The notes under the pieces were generated by a model. That model ran no database searches. It was not told where the DNA came from and saw nothing but the letters and a program-made list of their open reading frames with translations. The position numbers and the translations under genes were made by a program. A DNA stretch of 64,000 bases from Candidatus Omnitrophota bacterium (GTDB taxonomy: Bacteria > Omnitrophota > Gorgyraeia > Zapsychrales > JAKLDJ01), in assembly GCA_022703585.1 (NCBI GenBank), contig JAKLDJ010000007.1, positions 25,338 through 89,337 of the forward strand, read 5' to 3'. Below, piece by piece: positions 10,901 to 19,138 of the stretch; position 1 is the first letter of the stretch, and each line of letters begins with the position of its first letter.

Positions 10901-11072
10901 AGCGTCGGGCGCGGGCAAGGTCAGCCGCCAGATCATGGGGACAACGGTTATCGCGGGGATGTTGGCGGCGACGTTTATCGCCATCTTTCTCATTCCTGCC
11001 GCTTTTTACATGATCATGAAAATGGGTGTTTCCCGGAAGGCGGGTGCCGGTGAAAAGGAAAGGAATTCATAA
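7929..11072 (+). CDS. RND efflux permease (AcrB/MexB-like, HAE1 family)
   Basis: 1047 aa, 12-TM RND architecture, starting MTKFFIERPIVAIVISIFMAIGG. Translationally coupled to its neighbours. Confidence 0.9.
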   Translation: MTKFFIERPIVAIVISIFMAIGGAVALSQLPIAQYPNIVPPEVQIKANYTGADALTLEQSVATPIEQQMSGVDNMNYMYSINANNGQMSLKVNFDIASDPNTDQILAQMRESQSESQLPEDVRALGVTVQKSMASPLIMFAIYSPKGTYDNIFLANYAYINMNDQMTRVPGIASVTIFGSGQYAMRVWVKPDELAKLNITIPDISRAIESQNSVNPAGKIGGEPVPPGQVFTYAVRAEGRLQTPEEFGNIIVRANPDGGIVRLRDVARIELGSQSYDVEGRLNGKPSALIALYQLPGTNAIAAAQGAKKLMNEMAQRFPPDMEYTTALDTTLPVTEGIKEISQTLYQALLLVILVVFIFLQGWRATLIPTLAVPVALIGTFMVFPLLGFSINTLSLFGLVLAIGLVVDDAIVVVEAVERHIENGLNPKEAAVKAMEEVSGPVIAIAIILAAVFIPTAFIPGITGSLYQQFAITIAVSVIISAFNALSLSPALSAMLLKPKHENKPGILSGFYNGFNKMFGRVSGGYVQLCRYLIRKSLICCLCIAAAGILAWAVASRVSFGFLPEEDQGYVFAGIQLPQASSLQRTSEAARKVEQELAKIPGIKNYSTVLGYNMLSQVNNTYSAFFFISFNKWDERVKPQEKYQALMGGINKAIAQVPDAVGFAFSPPAIPGIGTSGGVTFILEDRSAKDMAFLAKNTTTFVEAARKRPEIASVMTTLLPAVPQVFIDIDQDKCLKQGVDLADVYGTLQAYMGSSFVNYFNAFGRQWSVYIQAEGQYRTRADQLQQYYVRNASGEMVPLSALTSARSIVGPEFTMRYNLYRCAQINATARPGYSSMQVMKAMEEVFREVMPSEMGFDYMGMSFQEKKAQEGVSPVAIFALSLLCVFLILAAQYESWSLPLSVLLATPIAILGAFTGLLVRGMENNVYAQIGLVMLIGLSAKNAILIVEFAKMEHEKGKDLLEAALEGARLRLRPILMTSFAFILGCIPLAIASGAGKVSRQIMGTTVIAGMLAATFIAIFLIPAAFYMIMKMGVSRKAGAGEKERNS

Positions 11073-12481
11073 TGATGAGGTTTAAGTTTTTATGCGGTTT
11101 TATTTTAGCTGCTTTTATTTGCGGCTGTGCCGGATCGAAAGATTTCAAGAAACCGCAAGTAGACGTGCCTACGGCGTGGCGGACTGATTCTCAAGGGACA
11201 GGCGCTGTCGATAGCGCCTGGTGGGAACAATTTAATGATTCTACCCTGGTCGCTCTGATTCAGGAAGGTTTAACCAATAACCAGGATATCCGTATCGCGA
11301 CCGCCCGTATCAAGGAATATTACGGCCGCTTGGGAGTTGTGCGTTCTCAAGCCGGGCCCCAGGTGGGCGCGACGGCATCCAGCGGGCGGGCACAGTCGCC
11401 GGGGGCTCAGGTCGCGCCGGGCGGCAAGGCGACGTCGGATTCATTTGAGGTTAAATTAGCCGCCAGTTGGGAATTGGATCTTTTTGGCCGGGTGCGAAGC
11501 CAAACCGAGGCTGCCCGGGCGCAGTTAAAAGGGGCGCAAGAAGTCAAAACCGCGGCTATCCTTTCATTGGTGACGGCGATCGCGAATTCTTATGTTGAAT
11601 TATTAGCCCTGGATCAAAAATTATCCATCGCGCAAAAAACCGAAACCTCCCGCCAAGAGGCGTTAAAGTTTATCAAGCTTCGTTTTGATGGCGGGATTGG
11701 TTCTCAAGTTGATGTGGACCAGGCCAAAACGGAATTGGCACAGGCGCAAATTTCCGTGATCGATTTAAAAAACACCATTTCTCAGCAGGAAAATAGTTTG
11801 TGCGCACTCTTGGGGCGCAATCCTTCCGCAATCGTCCGCAGCCAGGGAATCGACCAGCTTCAGATCCCTCAGGTTCCGGCGGGAATTCCTTCCGATGTCC
11901 TCGAGCAGAGGCCGGATATTCGCCAGGCCGTGGATAATCTGATGGCCGCGCACGCGTTAATCAAAGCCGCCAAGGCGCAGTATTTTCCCGTGATCTCTTT
12001 AACCGGTTCCGTCGGTTCGCGCAGTAACGACCTGGCGAGTTTGTTCTCGTCGGGGGCGGGGCAGTGGGGTGTTGCCGAGCAGCTCGCGCAACCCATTTTT
12101 ACCTCGGGCAGGACCAGAAGCCAGGTCAACGAGGCGCGCGCCGGAGAGGAAGAGATGGTGGCGCAATACCAAAAGGCGGTTCAAAATGCCTTTAAAGAAG
12201 TCAATGACGCGTTAATCGATTATGAAGGGTCATCCGAGAAGCTGGGAATCCAGAAGGAGTCTCTCGATTCCCTTCGGGAATACGCCCGGCTTGCCCGGGC
12301 CCGGTATGATGAGGGCATGACGAGCTACCTGGAGGTTTTAGACGCGGAGCGCAGCCTCTACGACGGCGAGATTTCTTATGTTGAAACCAAAAAGAATATT
12401 TTTGTTTCCTTAGTCGATCTTTATAAGGTGCTGGGCGGCGGTTGGGTGGAAAAGGCCGAGGATATGATACCCAAATCGTAG
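11072..12481 (+). CDS. Outer-membrane efflux factor (NodT/TolC-family lipoprotein)
   Basis: 469 aa with a lipobox (FICGCAGS) and OEP repeats. ATG overlaps the permease stop (ATAATGA). Confidence 0.85.
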   Translation: MMRFKFLCGFILAAFICGCAGSKDFKKPQVDVPTAWRTDSQGTGAVDSAWWEQFNDSTLVALIQEGLTNNQDIRIATARIKEYYGRLGVVRSQAGPQVGATASSGRAQSPGAQVAPGGKATSDSFEVKLAASWELDLFGRVRSQTEAARAQLKGAQEVKTAAILSLVTAIANSYVELLALDQKLSIAQKTETSRQEALKFIKLRFDGGIGSQVDVDQAKTELAQAQISVIDLKNTISQQENSLCALLGRNPSAIVRSQGIDQLQIPQVPAGIPSDVLEQRPDIRQAVDNLMAAHALIKAAKAQYFPVISLTGSVGSRSNDLASLFSSGAGQWGVAEQLAQPIFTSGRTRSQVNEARAGEEEMVAQYQKAVQNAFKEVNDALIDYEGSSEKLGIQKESLDSLREYARLARARYDEGMTSYLEVLDAERSLYDGEISYVETKKNIFVSLVDLYKVLGGGWVEKAEDMIPKS

Positions 12482-12567
12482 AGGTGTAAGATCTCAGAAT
12501 TTTTCATGAAGCCTTTGAAGTTGATTTAAGACACAAAAATATTAAAGTTTCAAAAAGGAGAGAAGAA

Positions 12568-13068
12568 ATGAAAGCTATTTTTGAGAGGCGTAGTATTCGT
12601 AAGTACAAACCCGATCCCCTGACTGAAGAGACGATTCGGGAGATCCTGGAAGCGGCCATGGCCGCGCCCTCGGCGGGCAATGAGCAGCCCTGGGAGTTTA
12701 TTGTCATTAACAATCGCACTGTGCTTAATGAAATTCCGAAGATTCACCCGCACGCCTCCATGACGAAAGAGGCACCGGTGGCGATTCTGGTCTGCGGCAA
12801 CTTGAAAAAAGAGGTCCATAAGGATTTGTGGCCCCAGGATTGCGCGGCGGCGGTTGAGAATATTCTTTTGACCGTGACCGATAAGGGCTTGGGCGCGGTC
12901 TGGACGGCGGTTTATCCCCGCGAAGAACGAGTTGCGGGCATGCGCAAACTTCTTAATATCCCCGAACACGTGGTGCCGTTTGCGCTTATTCCTATCGGTT
13001 ATCCGGCAGAAGAGAAGCCGCCGATTAAACGTTTTGACGCGGCAAGGATTCATTATAATAAATGGTAG
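12568..13068 (+). CDS. Nitroreductase-family FMN oxidoreductase
   Basis: 166 aa, RSIRKY...PSAGNEQPWEFIVI, nitroreductase fold. Confidence 0.8.
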   Translation: MKAIFERRSIRKYKPDPLTEETIREILEAAMAAPSAGNEQPWEFIVINNRTVLNEIPKIHPHASMTKEAPVAILVCGNLKKEVHKDLWPQDCAAAVENILLTVTDKGLGAVWTAVYPREERVAGMRKLLNIPEHVVPFALIPIGYPAEEKPPIKRFDAARIHYNKW

Positions 13069-13076
13069 TCATAATA

Positions 13077-13160
13077 AGGGACGCTCTTTCGGTTCAATGG
13101 AGGCCTGTCCCTTTTCTAGTAAAAAGGGACACACTTTTACAGCACGAAAAGAGCGTCCCT
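13077..13160 (+). other. Nested inverted-repeat stem-loops (GGGAC-containing REP-like element)
   Basis: agggacgctcttt (about 13077-13089) pairs perfectly with aaagagcgtccct (about 13148-13160), enclosing the hairpin gtccctttt/aaaagggac (about 13107-13130). The 10-mer agggacacac recurs at about 18739. Confidence 0.55.
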
Positions 13161-13212
13161 CAATAATAGGTTGACTAAAATAGGATTTGTGTTTAAATAA
13201 GAGAAATAAATA

Positions 13213-13313
13213 ACGGGGAGGCCGTAAGACGGCCTGAGAGTTCCGCTAAGTTTTAAGCGGATGACCCGACGAACCTGATCTGGATAATGCCAGCGGAGGG
13301 AAAGGAAGGTGAG
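13213..13313 (+). promoter_or_regulatory. TPP (THI-box) riboswitch aptamer
   Basis: ACGGGGAGGCCGUAAGACGGCCUGAGAG...ACCCGACGAACCUGAUCUGGAUAAUGCCAGCGGAGGGAA matches the conserved TPP aptamer core (CUGAGA, ACCCG, GAACCUGAUCUGGAUAAUGCCAGCGNAGGGA). Confidence 0.9.
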
Positions 13314-13320
13314 TATGTTT

Positions 13321-13352
13321 AACCCTTATGCATCCGCGTAAGGGTTTTTTGT
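13321..13352 (+). terminator. Riboswitch expression-platform intrinsic terminator
   Basis: aacccttatgcatccgcgtaagggtt followed by tttttgttttt, placed between the aptamer and the thi4 RBS (transcriptional OFF switch). Confidence 0.7.
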
Positions 13353-13397
13353 TTTTCCGCGGGGCCTTTGTTTCGGATCGCCAAAAAAAGGAGAAGG

Positions 13398-14210
13398 ATG
13401 ATGTTTAAAAAAATAACAGAAGCACAGATTAGCCGGGCGATTGTGGGGGAATTTACAAAATGGTTTGATGAGTATATTATTTCCGACGTTATCATTGTCG
13501 GCGGCGGCCCCAGCGGTCTTATGGCAGCGCGTGATCTGGCCAATGCGGGTTTTAAGACGCTCATTGTCGAAAGCAATAATTACATCGGGGGAGGTTTTTG
13601 GGTGGGGGGCTATTTTATGAATACGTTGACATTTCGTGCGCCCGCAAACCAGATTCTTGATGAACTAAAAATCCCTTACAAGGAAATCGAAGATGGTTTG
13701 TTTGTTGCTGACGGCCCGACGGCCTGCTCAAAACTTATCTCCGCTACCTGTGATTCGGGTGCGAAAATTCTTAATTTAACAAAATTCGATGATGTGGTAC
13801 TGCGTCACAGCAAAGTGGAAGGGGCGGTTATTAATTGGGCACCGGTGTCGGCCTTGCCGCGGCAAATTACCTGCGTCGATCCCATTGCGCTGGAATCTAA
13901 AATTGTCATTGATGCCACGGGCCATGATGCCTGGGTTGCCAAAAGCCTTGAAAAAAGAAAACTCCTGGAATTAAAAACATTCGGGCCTATGGATGTCGTC
14001 AGTTCCGAAGATATGGTTGTGGAAAAGACTGGAGAGATTTTCCCCGGGCTTTATGCCATTGGCATGGCGACGGCAACCGTCTTTGGTATTCCGCGTATGG
14101 GGCCGACGTTTGCGGGAATGCTTTTCTCCGGCAGGAAGGCTGCTCAGCAGATTATAAAAAAGCTGGCAGCAAAGGAGGGACTCTTGCGTAAAGAAGCTGT
14201 TGTTGCGTAG
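13398..14210 (+). CDS. thi4: Thi4-family thiazole synthase
   Basis: FAD GxGxxG motif (VIIVGGGPSGLMAARDLA) and the Thi4 core (NNYIGGGFWVGG, IVIDATGHDAW). Start chosen at the MMFKK ATG after RBS aaaggagaagg; the listed ORF begins 30 nt earlier. Confidence 0.85.
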   Translation: MMFKKITEAQISRAIVGEFTKWFDEYIISDVIIVGGGPSGLMAARDLANAGFKTLIVESNNYIGGGFWVGGYFMNTLTFRAPANQILDELKIPYKEIEDGLFVADGPTACSKLISATCDSGAKILNLTKFDDVVLRHSKVEGAVINWAPVSALPRQITCVDPIALESKIVIDATGHDAWVAKSLEKRKLLELKTFGPMDVVSSEDMVVEKTGEIFPGLYAIGMATATVFGIPRMGPTFAGMLFSGRKAAQQIIKKLAAKEGLLRKEAVVA

Positions 14211-14232
14211 GGGGTGTGTCTTTTTGTGATGA

Positions 14233-14278
14233 AGGGCCCTCGCCCGACGCTGAAGCAGTGATGGGCGAGGGCCCTTTT
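14233..14278 (+). terminator. Rho-independent terminator after thi4
   Basis: agggccctcgccc ... gggcgagggccct (13-bp perfect stem) followed by TTTT. Confidence 0.8.
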
Positions 14279-14308
14279 ATGTCTAAAGGGGCGATGATAA
14301 AAAAATAC

Positions 14309-14336
14309 TTGACAAAATTTATGTTAATGTTATATT
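14309..14336 (+). promoter_or_regulatory. Candidate sigma70 promoter for the Rrf2 gene
   Basis: TTGACA, 16-nt spacer, TATATT, about 40 nt upstream of the ATG. Confidence 0.4.
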
Positions 14337-14374
14337 CTACATATCCGATGGGATAAGTAGGAAAGAGGTAAGCA

Positions 14375-14818
14375 ATGAAGATAACTTTTAAAGGCGATTA
14401 TGCGTTAAAGGCGATTCTTGATTTAGCGCTTCATTACGATTCAGGCGAATTGGTAACAAGTTTTGATTTGTCTCAGCGCATCGACGCGCCGATAAAATTT
14501 TTAGAACAAGTGTTGCTGGAATTAAAGAAGGGCGGATTTATTGAAAGTCGCCGCGGAAATATCGGCGGTTATCGATTGGCGAGAGTTCCGGGGCAGATCA
14601 CGGTAGGCGATATCGTGCGGCTTGTGGATGGGCCCAGCGAACCGATTGCCTGTGTGAATAAGGATTATTCCAACTGCGCGGATATCAAGAAATGTATCTT
14701 TAAAGGAATTTGGCAAAAAGTGGACCAGGCGACATCGGGCATTATTGATCATATAACTTTTGAAGATTTGGCTTCGCAAATTAGCATAAACCAAAAAGTA
14801 TTATCCTATTCCATTTAA
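14375..14818 (+). CDS. Rrf2-family transcriptional regulator (IscR/NsrR-like, three-Cys Fe-S type)
   Basis: 147 aa with a winged HTH (SQRIDAPIKFLEQVLLELKKGGFIESRRG) and three cysteines (C-x7-C-x5-C in PIACVNKDYSNCADIKKC) resembling IscR cluster ligands. Confidence 0.85.
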   Translation: MKITFKGDYALKAILDLALHYDSGELVTSFDLSQRIDAPIKFLEQVLLELKKGGFIESRRGNIGGYRLARVPGQITVGDIVRLVDGPSEPIACVNKDYSNCADIKKCIFKGIWQKVDQATSGIIDHITFEDLASQISINQKVLSYSI

Positions 14819-14831
14819 GGGAATACCTAAG

Positions 14832-14918
14832 ATGAACGAAAATCCCAAAAATATTAATATGATGATGTGTTGCATGCGGATGTGTTGCTTCCACGGTAGT
14901 GGAGGAACGCCTGTGTGA
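14832..14918 (+). CDS. Unannotated 28-codon ORF encoding a Cys/Met-rich peptide (candidate leader peptide)
   Basis: atg aac gaa aat ccc aaa aat att aat atg atg atg tgt tgc atg cgg atg tgt tgc ttc cac ggt agt gga gga acg cct gtg tga translates to MNENPKNINMMMCCMRMCCFHGSGGTPV. RBS-like aaggga lies 9 nt upstream. It is below the ORF-track length cutoff. Confidence 0.4.
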   Translation: MNENPKNINMMMCCMRMCCFHGSGGTPV

Positions 14919-14952
14919 GATATCATCTAATATATCAGGCGTAGGACGGGAT

Positions 14953-14992
14953 AACCCACTGCCAAGGAAAGAAAAAGGTCGGTGGGTTTTTT
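14953..14992 (+). terminator. Terminator/attenuator-like hairpin with T-run between the small ORF and the yezD-like gene
   Basis: aacccac ... gtgggtt stem (7 bp, large loop) followed by ttttttatttt. Confidence 0.45.
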
Positions 14993-15026
14993 ATTTTCTA
15001 AATTTATAAAATACAGGAGAGATGAA

Positions 15027-15218
15027 ATGAGCTTGAGCCAAAATACAAAAAGCATCATCAACGATGCCATTGTCAAAGACATACGGGATGCGGTGGATGA
15101 TTTGGAATACGGTACAGTGGTTATTACGGTACACAATAAAAAGATCACCCAGATCGAGACCGCGCGCAAGAAACGTTTCGATGATGTCTGGAAGGTTGAG
15201 GAAGGAGGTGGGATCTAA
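15027..15218 (+). CDS. YezD/DUF2292-family small protein
   Basis: MSLSQNTK...LEYGTVVITVHNKKITQIETARKKRF matches the DUF2292 pattern (YG-V-L/ITIH-QITQI-KxRF). RBS aggaga lies 6 nt upstream. The listed ORF starts 45 nt earlier. Confidence 0.7.
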   Translation: MSLSQNTKSIINDAIVKDIRDAVDDLEYGTVVITVHNKKITQIETARKKRFDDVWKVEEGGGI

Positions 15219-15339
15219 AAATGATTGTTGGCGTGTTGGTCCTTGCCGGACTACCGGTGGGACGTTTTTAAGAATGAATCTAAACGTCGAATGCTACCTG
15301 TCATCTGGAGCGAGGACACAAAAAAAGGAAAATAAAGAA

Positions 15340-16206
15340 ATGAAAAAGTTAATATTGTCTATTGCGTTTATTGTTCTGGCGGTTTTATTTGTAAGTGACA
15401 AGGTGTTTGCCGGTCCGCCATTTAACAATCTTGAAGGTGTCGGGGGTGTCGCGTTTAACCCGTTGGCGTATTTGGCTGATTCCGACGGAGAAAAGAGCCA
15501 TTTAAAAATCGGCAAGACCGAGGTTATTGGCTTACCCAGATTTGGCGGCTGGTATGTGAGCTTGCCGGATGCGAAGATCGATTGGACATCGGTTGGGGTT
15601 GCGGACACGATTTTTAAGCGGTTAGAAGTTTCCTATGGTTATCAAGTTGTTGCCTGGGAAGACCATCCGACGTTTCGCAAGAACAATCTTGGAGCCAAGT
15701 TTCTGGTATTGCCGGAAAACTCTTTTGACACAAAGTTTCTTCCAGCTCTTTCGATCGGAACGATTTATAAGACGACAAGCCATACGGCGTTACGAAAAAT
15801 AGCCGGGTTCTCGGACCTTCGCTCCAGCGGACAGGATTGGTATGCGGTCGCGACCAAGACCATTACTCAGTTGCCGCGTCCGGTCATCGTTTCCGGAGGC
15901 GTGCTTTCTTCTCAAGGATTCGTTACCGGCGTGTTGGGTTTCCATGACAAAAGAAAGACAACCGGCTTTGCCAATGTGGATGTGGTTCTTCCTAAGAACA
16001 TTGTTATTGGTTATGAGTTTAAACAAGGAGAGCAGTTCGCGGTCCATAAAAATGCCAATTATTGGGAAGCGCATTTGGCCTGGCTTGCGAATAATGACCT
16101 GACCCTTATTGCGGCGTATACGGACACCAGCAGTTACACCAAGTCCGGAAATACCAGACAAGGGTTAGGAAGTGGTTTTGTTTTAAGTGCGCAGTATGCG
16201 TTTTAG
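15340..16206 (+). CDS. Secreted outer-membrane beta-barrel protein of unknown function
   Basis: Signal peptide MKKLILSIAFIVLAVLFVSDKVFAG, alternating amphipathic strands, C-terminal aromatic (…LSAQYAF). The listed ORF 15064.. has a long spurious N-terminal extension overlapping the previous gene. Confidence 0.6.
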   Translation: MKKLILSIAFIVLAVLFVSDKVFAGPPFNNLEGVGGVAFNPLAYLADSDGEKSHLKIGKTEVIGLPRFGGWYVSLPDAKIDWTSVGVADTIFKRLEVSYGYQVVAWEDHPTFRKNNLGAKFLVLPENSFDTKFLPALSIGTIYKTTSHTALRKIAGFSDLRSSGQDWYAVATKTITQLPRPVIVSGGVLSSQGFVTGVLGFHDKRKTTGFANVDVVLPKNIVIGYEFKQGEQFAVHKNANYWEAHLAWLANNDLTLIAAYTDTSSYTKSGNTRQGLGSGFVLSAQYAF

Positions 16207-16213
16207 AAAATGA

Positions 16214-17572
<1,359 letters not shown>

Positions 17573-17589
17573 AAAGGTCTTAGACGGAC

Positions 17590-17719
17590 ACAACTTGCGG
17601 AACGAAGTGGGGCAAGTTGATGTCCGACTTAGACCCTTGACATCCGACGAGTTACTCGAGGGATGTCAAGGGTCAATTCGTCCCGCAACTTATGTTCACT
17701 TCGTTCCATAAGTTGCGGA
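17590..17719 (+). promoter_or_regulatory. Structured intergenic leader upstream of cysK with several mutually exclusive helices
   Basis: caacttgc/gcaagttg (8 bp) encloses ggaacgaagtg, which is also complementary to cacttcgttcc about 100 nt downstream (11 bp). There is a central 14-bp perfect hairpin gacccttgacatcc/ggatgtcaagggtc, and ccgcaactt/aagttgcgg (9 bp) sits just 5' of the cysK RBS. Confidence 0.5.
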
Positions 17720-17738
17720 CTCATTGAAGGAGATTCTC

Positions 17739-18668
17739 ATGTCGAAAACTTTTTCTAACATTACAAAAACGATCGGTAACACCCCGCTGGTGAAGATTAA
17801 CAAGCTTGCCGAAGGGCTGCCTGCGATCATTCTGGCCAAGCTGGAATTCTTTAACCCGCTCTCAAGCGTCAAGGACCGTATCGGTGTGGCCATGATCGAG
17901 GCCGCCGAGAAAGAAGGGAAGCTCAAGAAAGATTCCGTGATTATCGAGCCCACCAGCGGCAACACTGGCATTGCCTTGGCGTTTGTCGCGGCTGCCAAAG
18001 GGTATCGGCTGGTTTTAACCATGCCTGATACCATGAGTGTCGAGCGCCGGCAATTGCTGGCGATTTTGGGAGCGGAATTGGTTTTAACCGAGGGCGCTAA
18101 AGGAATGAAGGGAGCGGTCGAAAAAGCCGAAGAGCTCGCCCGGCTTACCCCGAATAGTTATGTTCCCCAGCAGTTTAATAATCCGGCGAATCCGGAGATC
18201 CACCGCCGGACCACAGCTGAAGAAATTTGGCGGGATACCGACGGGAAAGTGGATATCTTTATTGCCGGAATCGGAACCGGCGGAACCATTACCGGCGTGG
18301 GCGAGGTTTTAAAACAACGGAAGCCCACGGTAAAAATCATCGGCCTGGAGCCGGCGGATTCTCCGATTCTCTCCGGAGGAAAACCGGGCCCGCACAAGAT
18401 CCAGGGGATAGGCGCGGGTTTTATTCCTGGGAATCTTAACCGCGCGATTATCGATGAAATCATCACCGTGCGCCACGAGGATGCCGGGGAAACCACGCGC
18501 GCGCTCGCGAAGACCGACGGAATCCTGGGCGGAATTTCTAGCGGCGCGGCAGTTTGGGCGGCTTTACAGGTCGGCAGGCGTCCGGAATTCAAAGGGAAAA
18601 CCATTGTAACGGTCTTGCCCAGCTCCGGCGAGCGGTATTTGTCGACCTGGCTTTTTCAAAAACCATAA
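17739..18668 (+). CDS. cysK: Cysteine synthase A (O-acetylserine sulfhydrylase)
   Basis: [23 protein letters not shown]...SVKDRIG...[12 protein letters not shown]... is the canonical CysK/CysM PLP fold. RBS aaggag upstream. The listed ORF starts 15 nt earlier. Confidence 0.9.
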   Translation: MSKTFSNITKTIGNTPLVKINKLAEGLPAIILAKLEFFNPLSSVKDRIGVAMIEAAEKEGKLKKDSVIIEPTSGNTGIALAFVAAAKGYRLVLTMPDTMSVERRQLLAILGAELVLTEGAKGMKGAVEKAEELARLTPNSYVPQQFNNPANPEIHRRTTAEEIWRDTDGKVDIFIAGIGTGGTITGVGEVLKQRKPTVKIIGLEPADSPILSGGKPGPHKIQGIGAGFIPGNLNRAIIDEIITVRHEDAGETTRALAKTDGILGGISSGAAVWAALQVGRRPEFKGKTIVTVLPSSGERYLSTWLFQKP

Positions 18669-18830
18669 GAGGGACAGACCCCGCCGTTACCCCGACCTGT
18701 CCCCTTCTCACGCTTGGGACAGTCCCAAGTGTGGCAGAGGGACACACCCAAGTTACGGCGGGGTCTGTCCCAGGTGTAATTTGGGGACTGTCCCAGAATT
18801 GCACCTGGAGCTGTCCCCGAAGTAAAAAGT
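18669..18830. repeat. Cluster of GGGACAG/CTGTCCC palindromic repeats (REP-like), about 160 nt
   Basis: At least seven copies of GGGAC(A/T)G or its complement, including the perfect palindromes gggacagtccc and gggactgtccc. The 17-bp inverted repeat gggacagaccccgccgt ... acggcggggtctgtccc lies here. Both strands give mirror-image ORFs (18554..18874 + and 18589..18879 -), which is symmetry rather than coding. Confidence 0.7.
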
Positions 18831-18878
18831 GCCCGGCATTTTTTCTTCTTTCAACTTTCCTTTTTCTGAAATAAAACA

Positions 18879-18906
18879 TTGACGACGGTTAGCCGCGGAA
18901 TATAAT
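18879..18906 (+). promoter_or_regulatory. Candidate sigma70 promoter for the ehr operon (TTGACG, 16-nt spacer, TATAAT), followed by a ~230-nt leader
   Basis: Reads cattGACGacggttagccgcggaaTATAATatc. Confidence 0.45.
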
Positions 18907-19138
18907 ATCCCTATTCCCAAAAAATAATCGGTATTCAAGTCGAACCAAGAAGGCGTTCGATCATTTAGGGAATAAGAATTTATATTCCAAGAGTAAGCTT
19001 GTTTTAAGAAAAATTTAATTTAAACGCAGGAATTTATTGAGGGATTGTATCCTCAAAGTTGCATAGATCGTTGTAGCCTTCCGCTTTTTCTCCTGCCAAG
19101 CCCAATCTTCCTTAAAGGAAATAGGGGGACGTTTTAAC

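Noticed and set aside
12550-13053. A 167-aa minus-strand ORF overlapping the nitroreductase gene
   Set aside because: It is antisense to a CDS with clear family motifs, has no recognisable homology and has a composition typical of antisense frames.
15064-15339. A long N-terminal extension of the OMP ORF that overlaps the yezD-like gene
   Set aside because: The extension lacks a signal peptide, whereas the internal ATG at 15340 is followed immediately by a classic signal peptide. The upstream frame is accidental read-through.
18158-18604. A 148-aa minus-strand ORF within cysK
   Set aside because: It is antisense to the strongly supported cysteine synthase CDS.
18554-18879. Overlapping + and - ORFs (106 and 96 aa) with mirror-image translations
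   Set aside because: They arise from the palindromic GGGACAG repeat cluster, and both strands read similarly because of the dyad symmetry, not because of coding.
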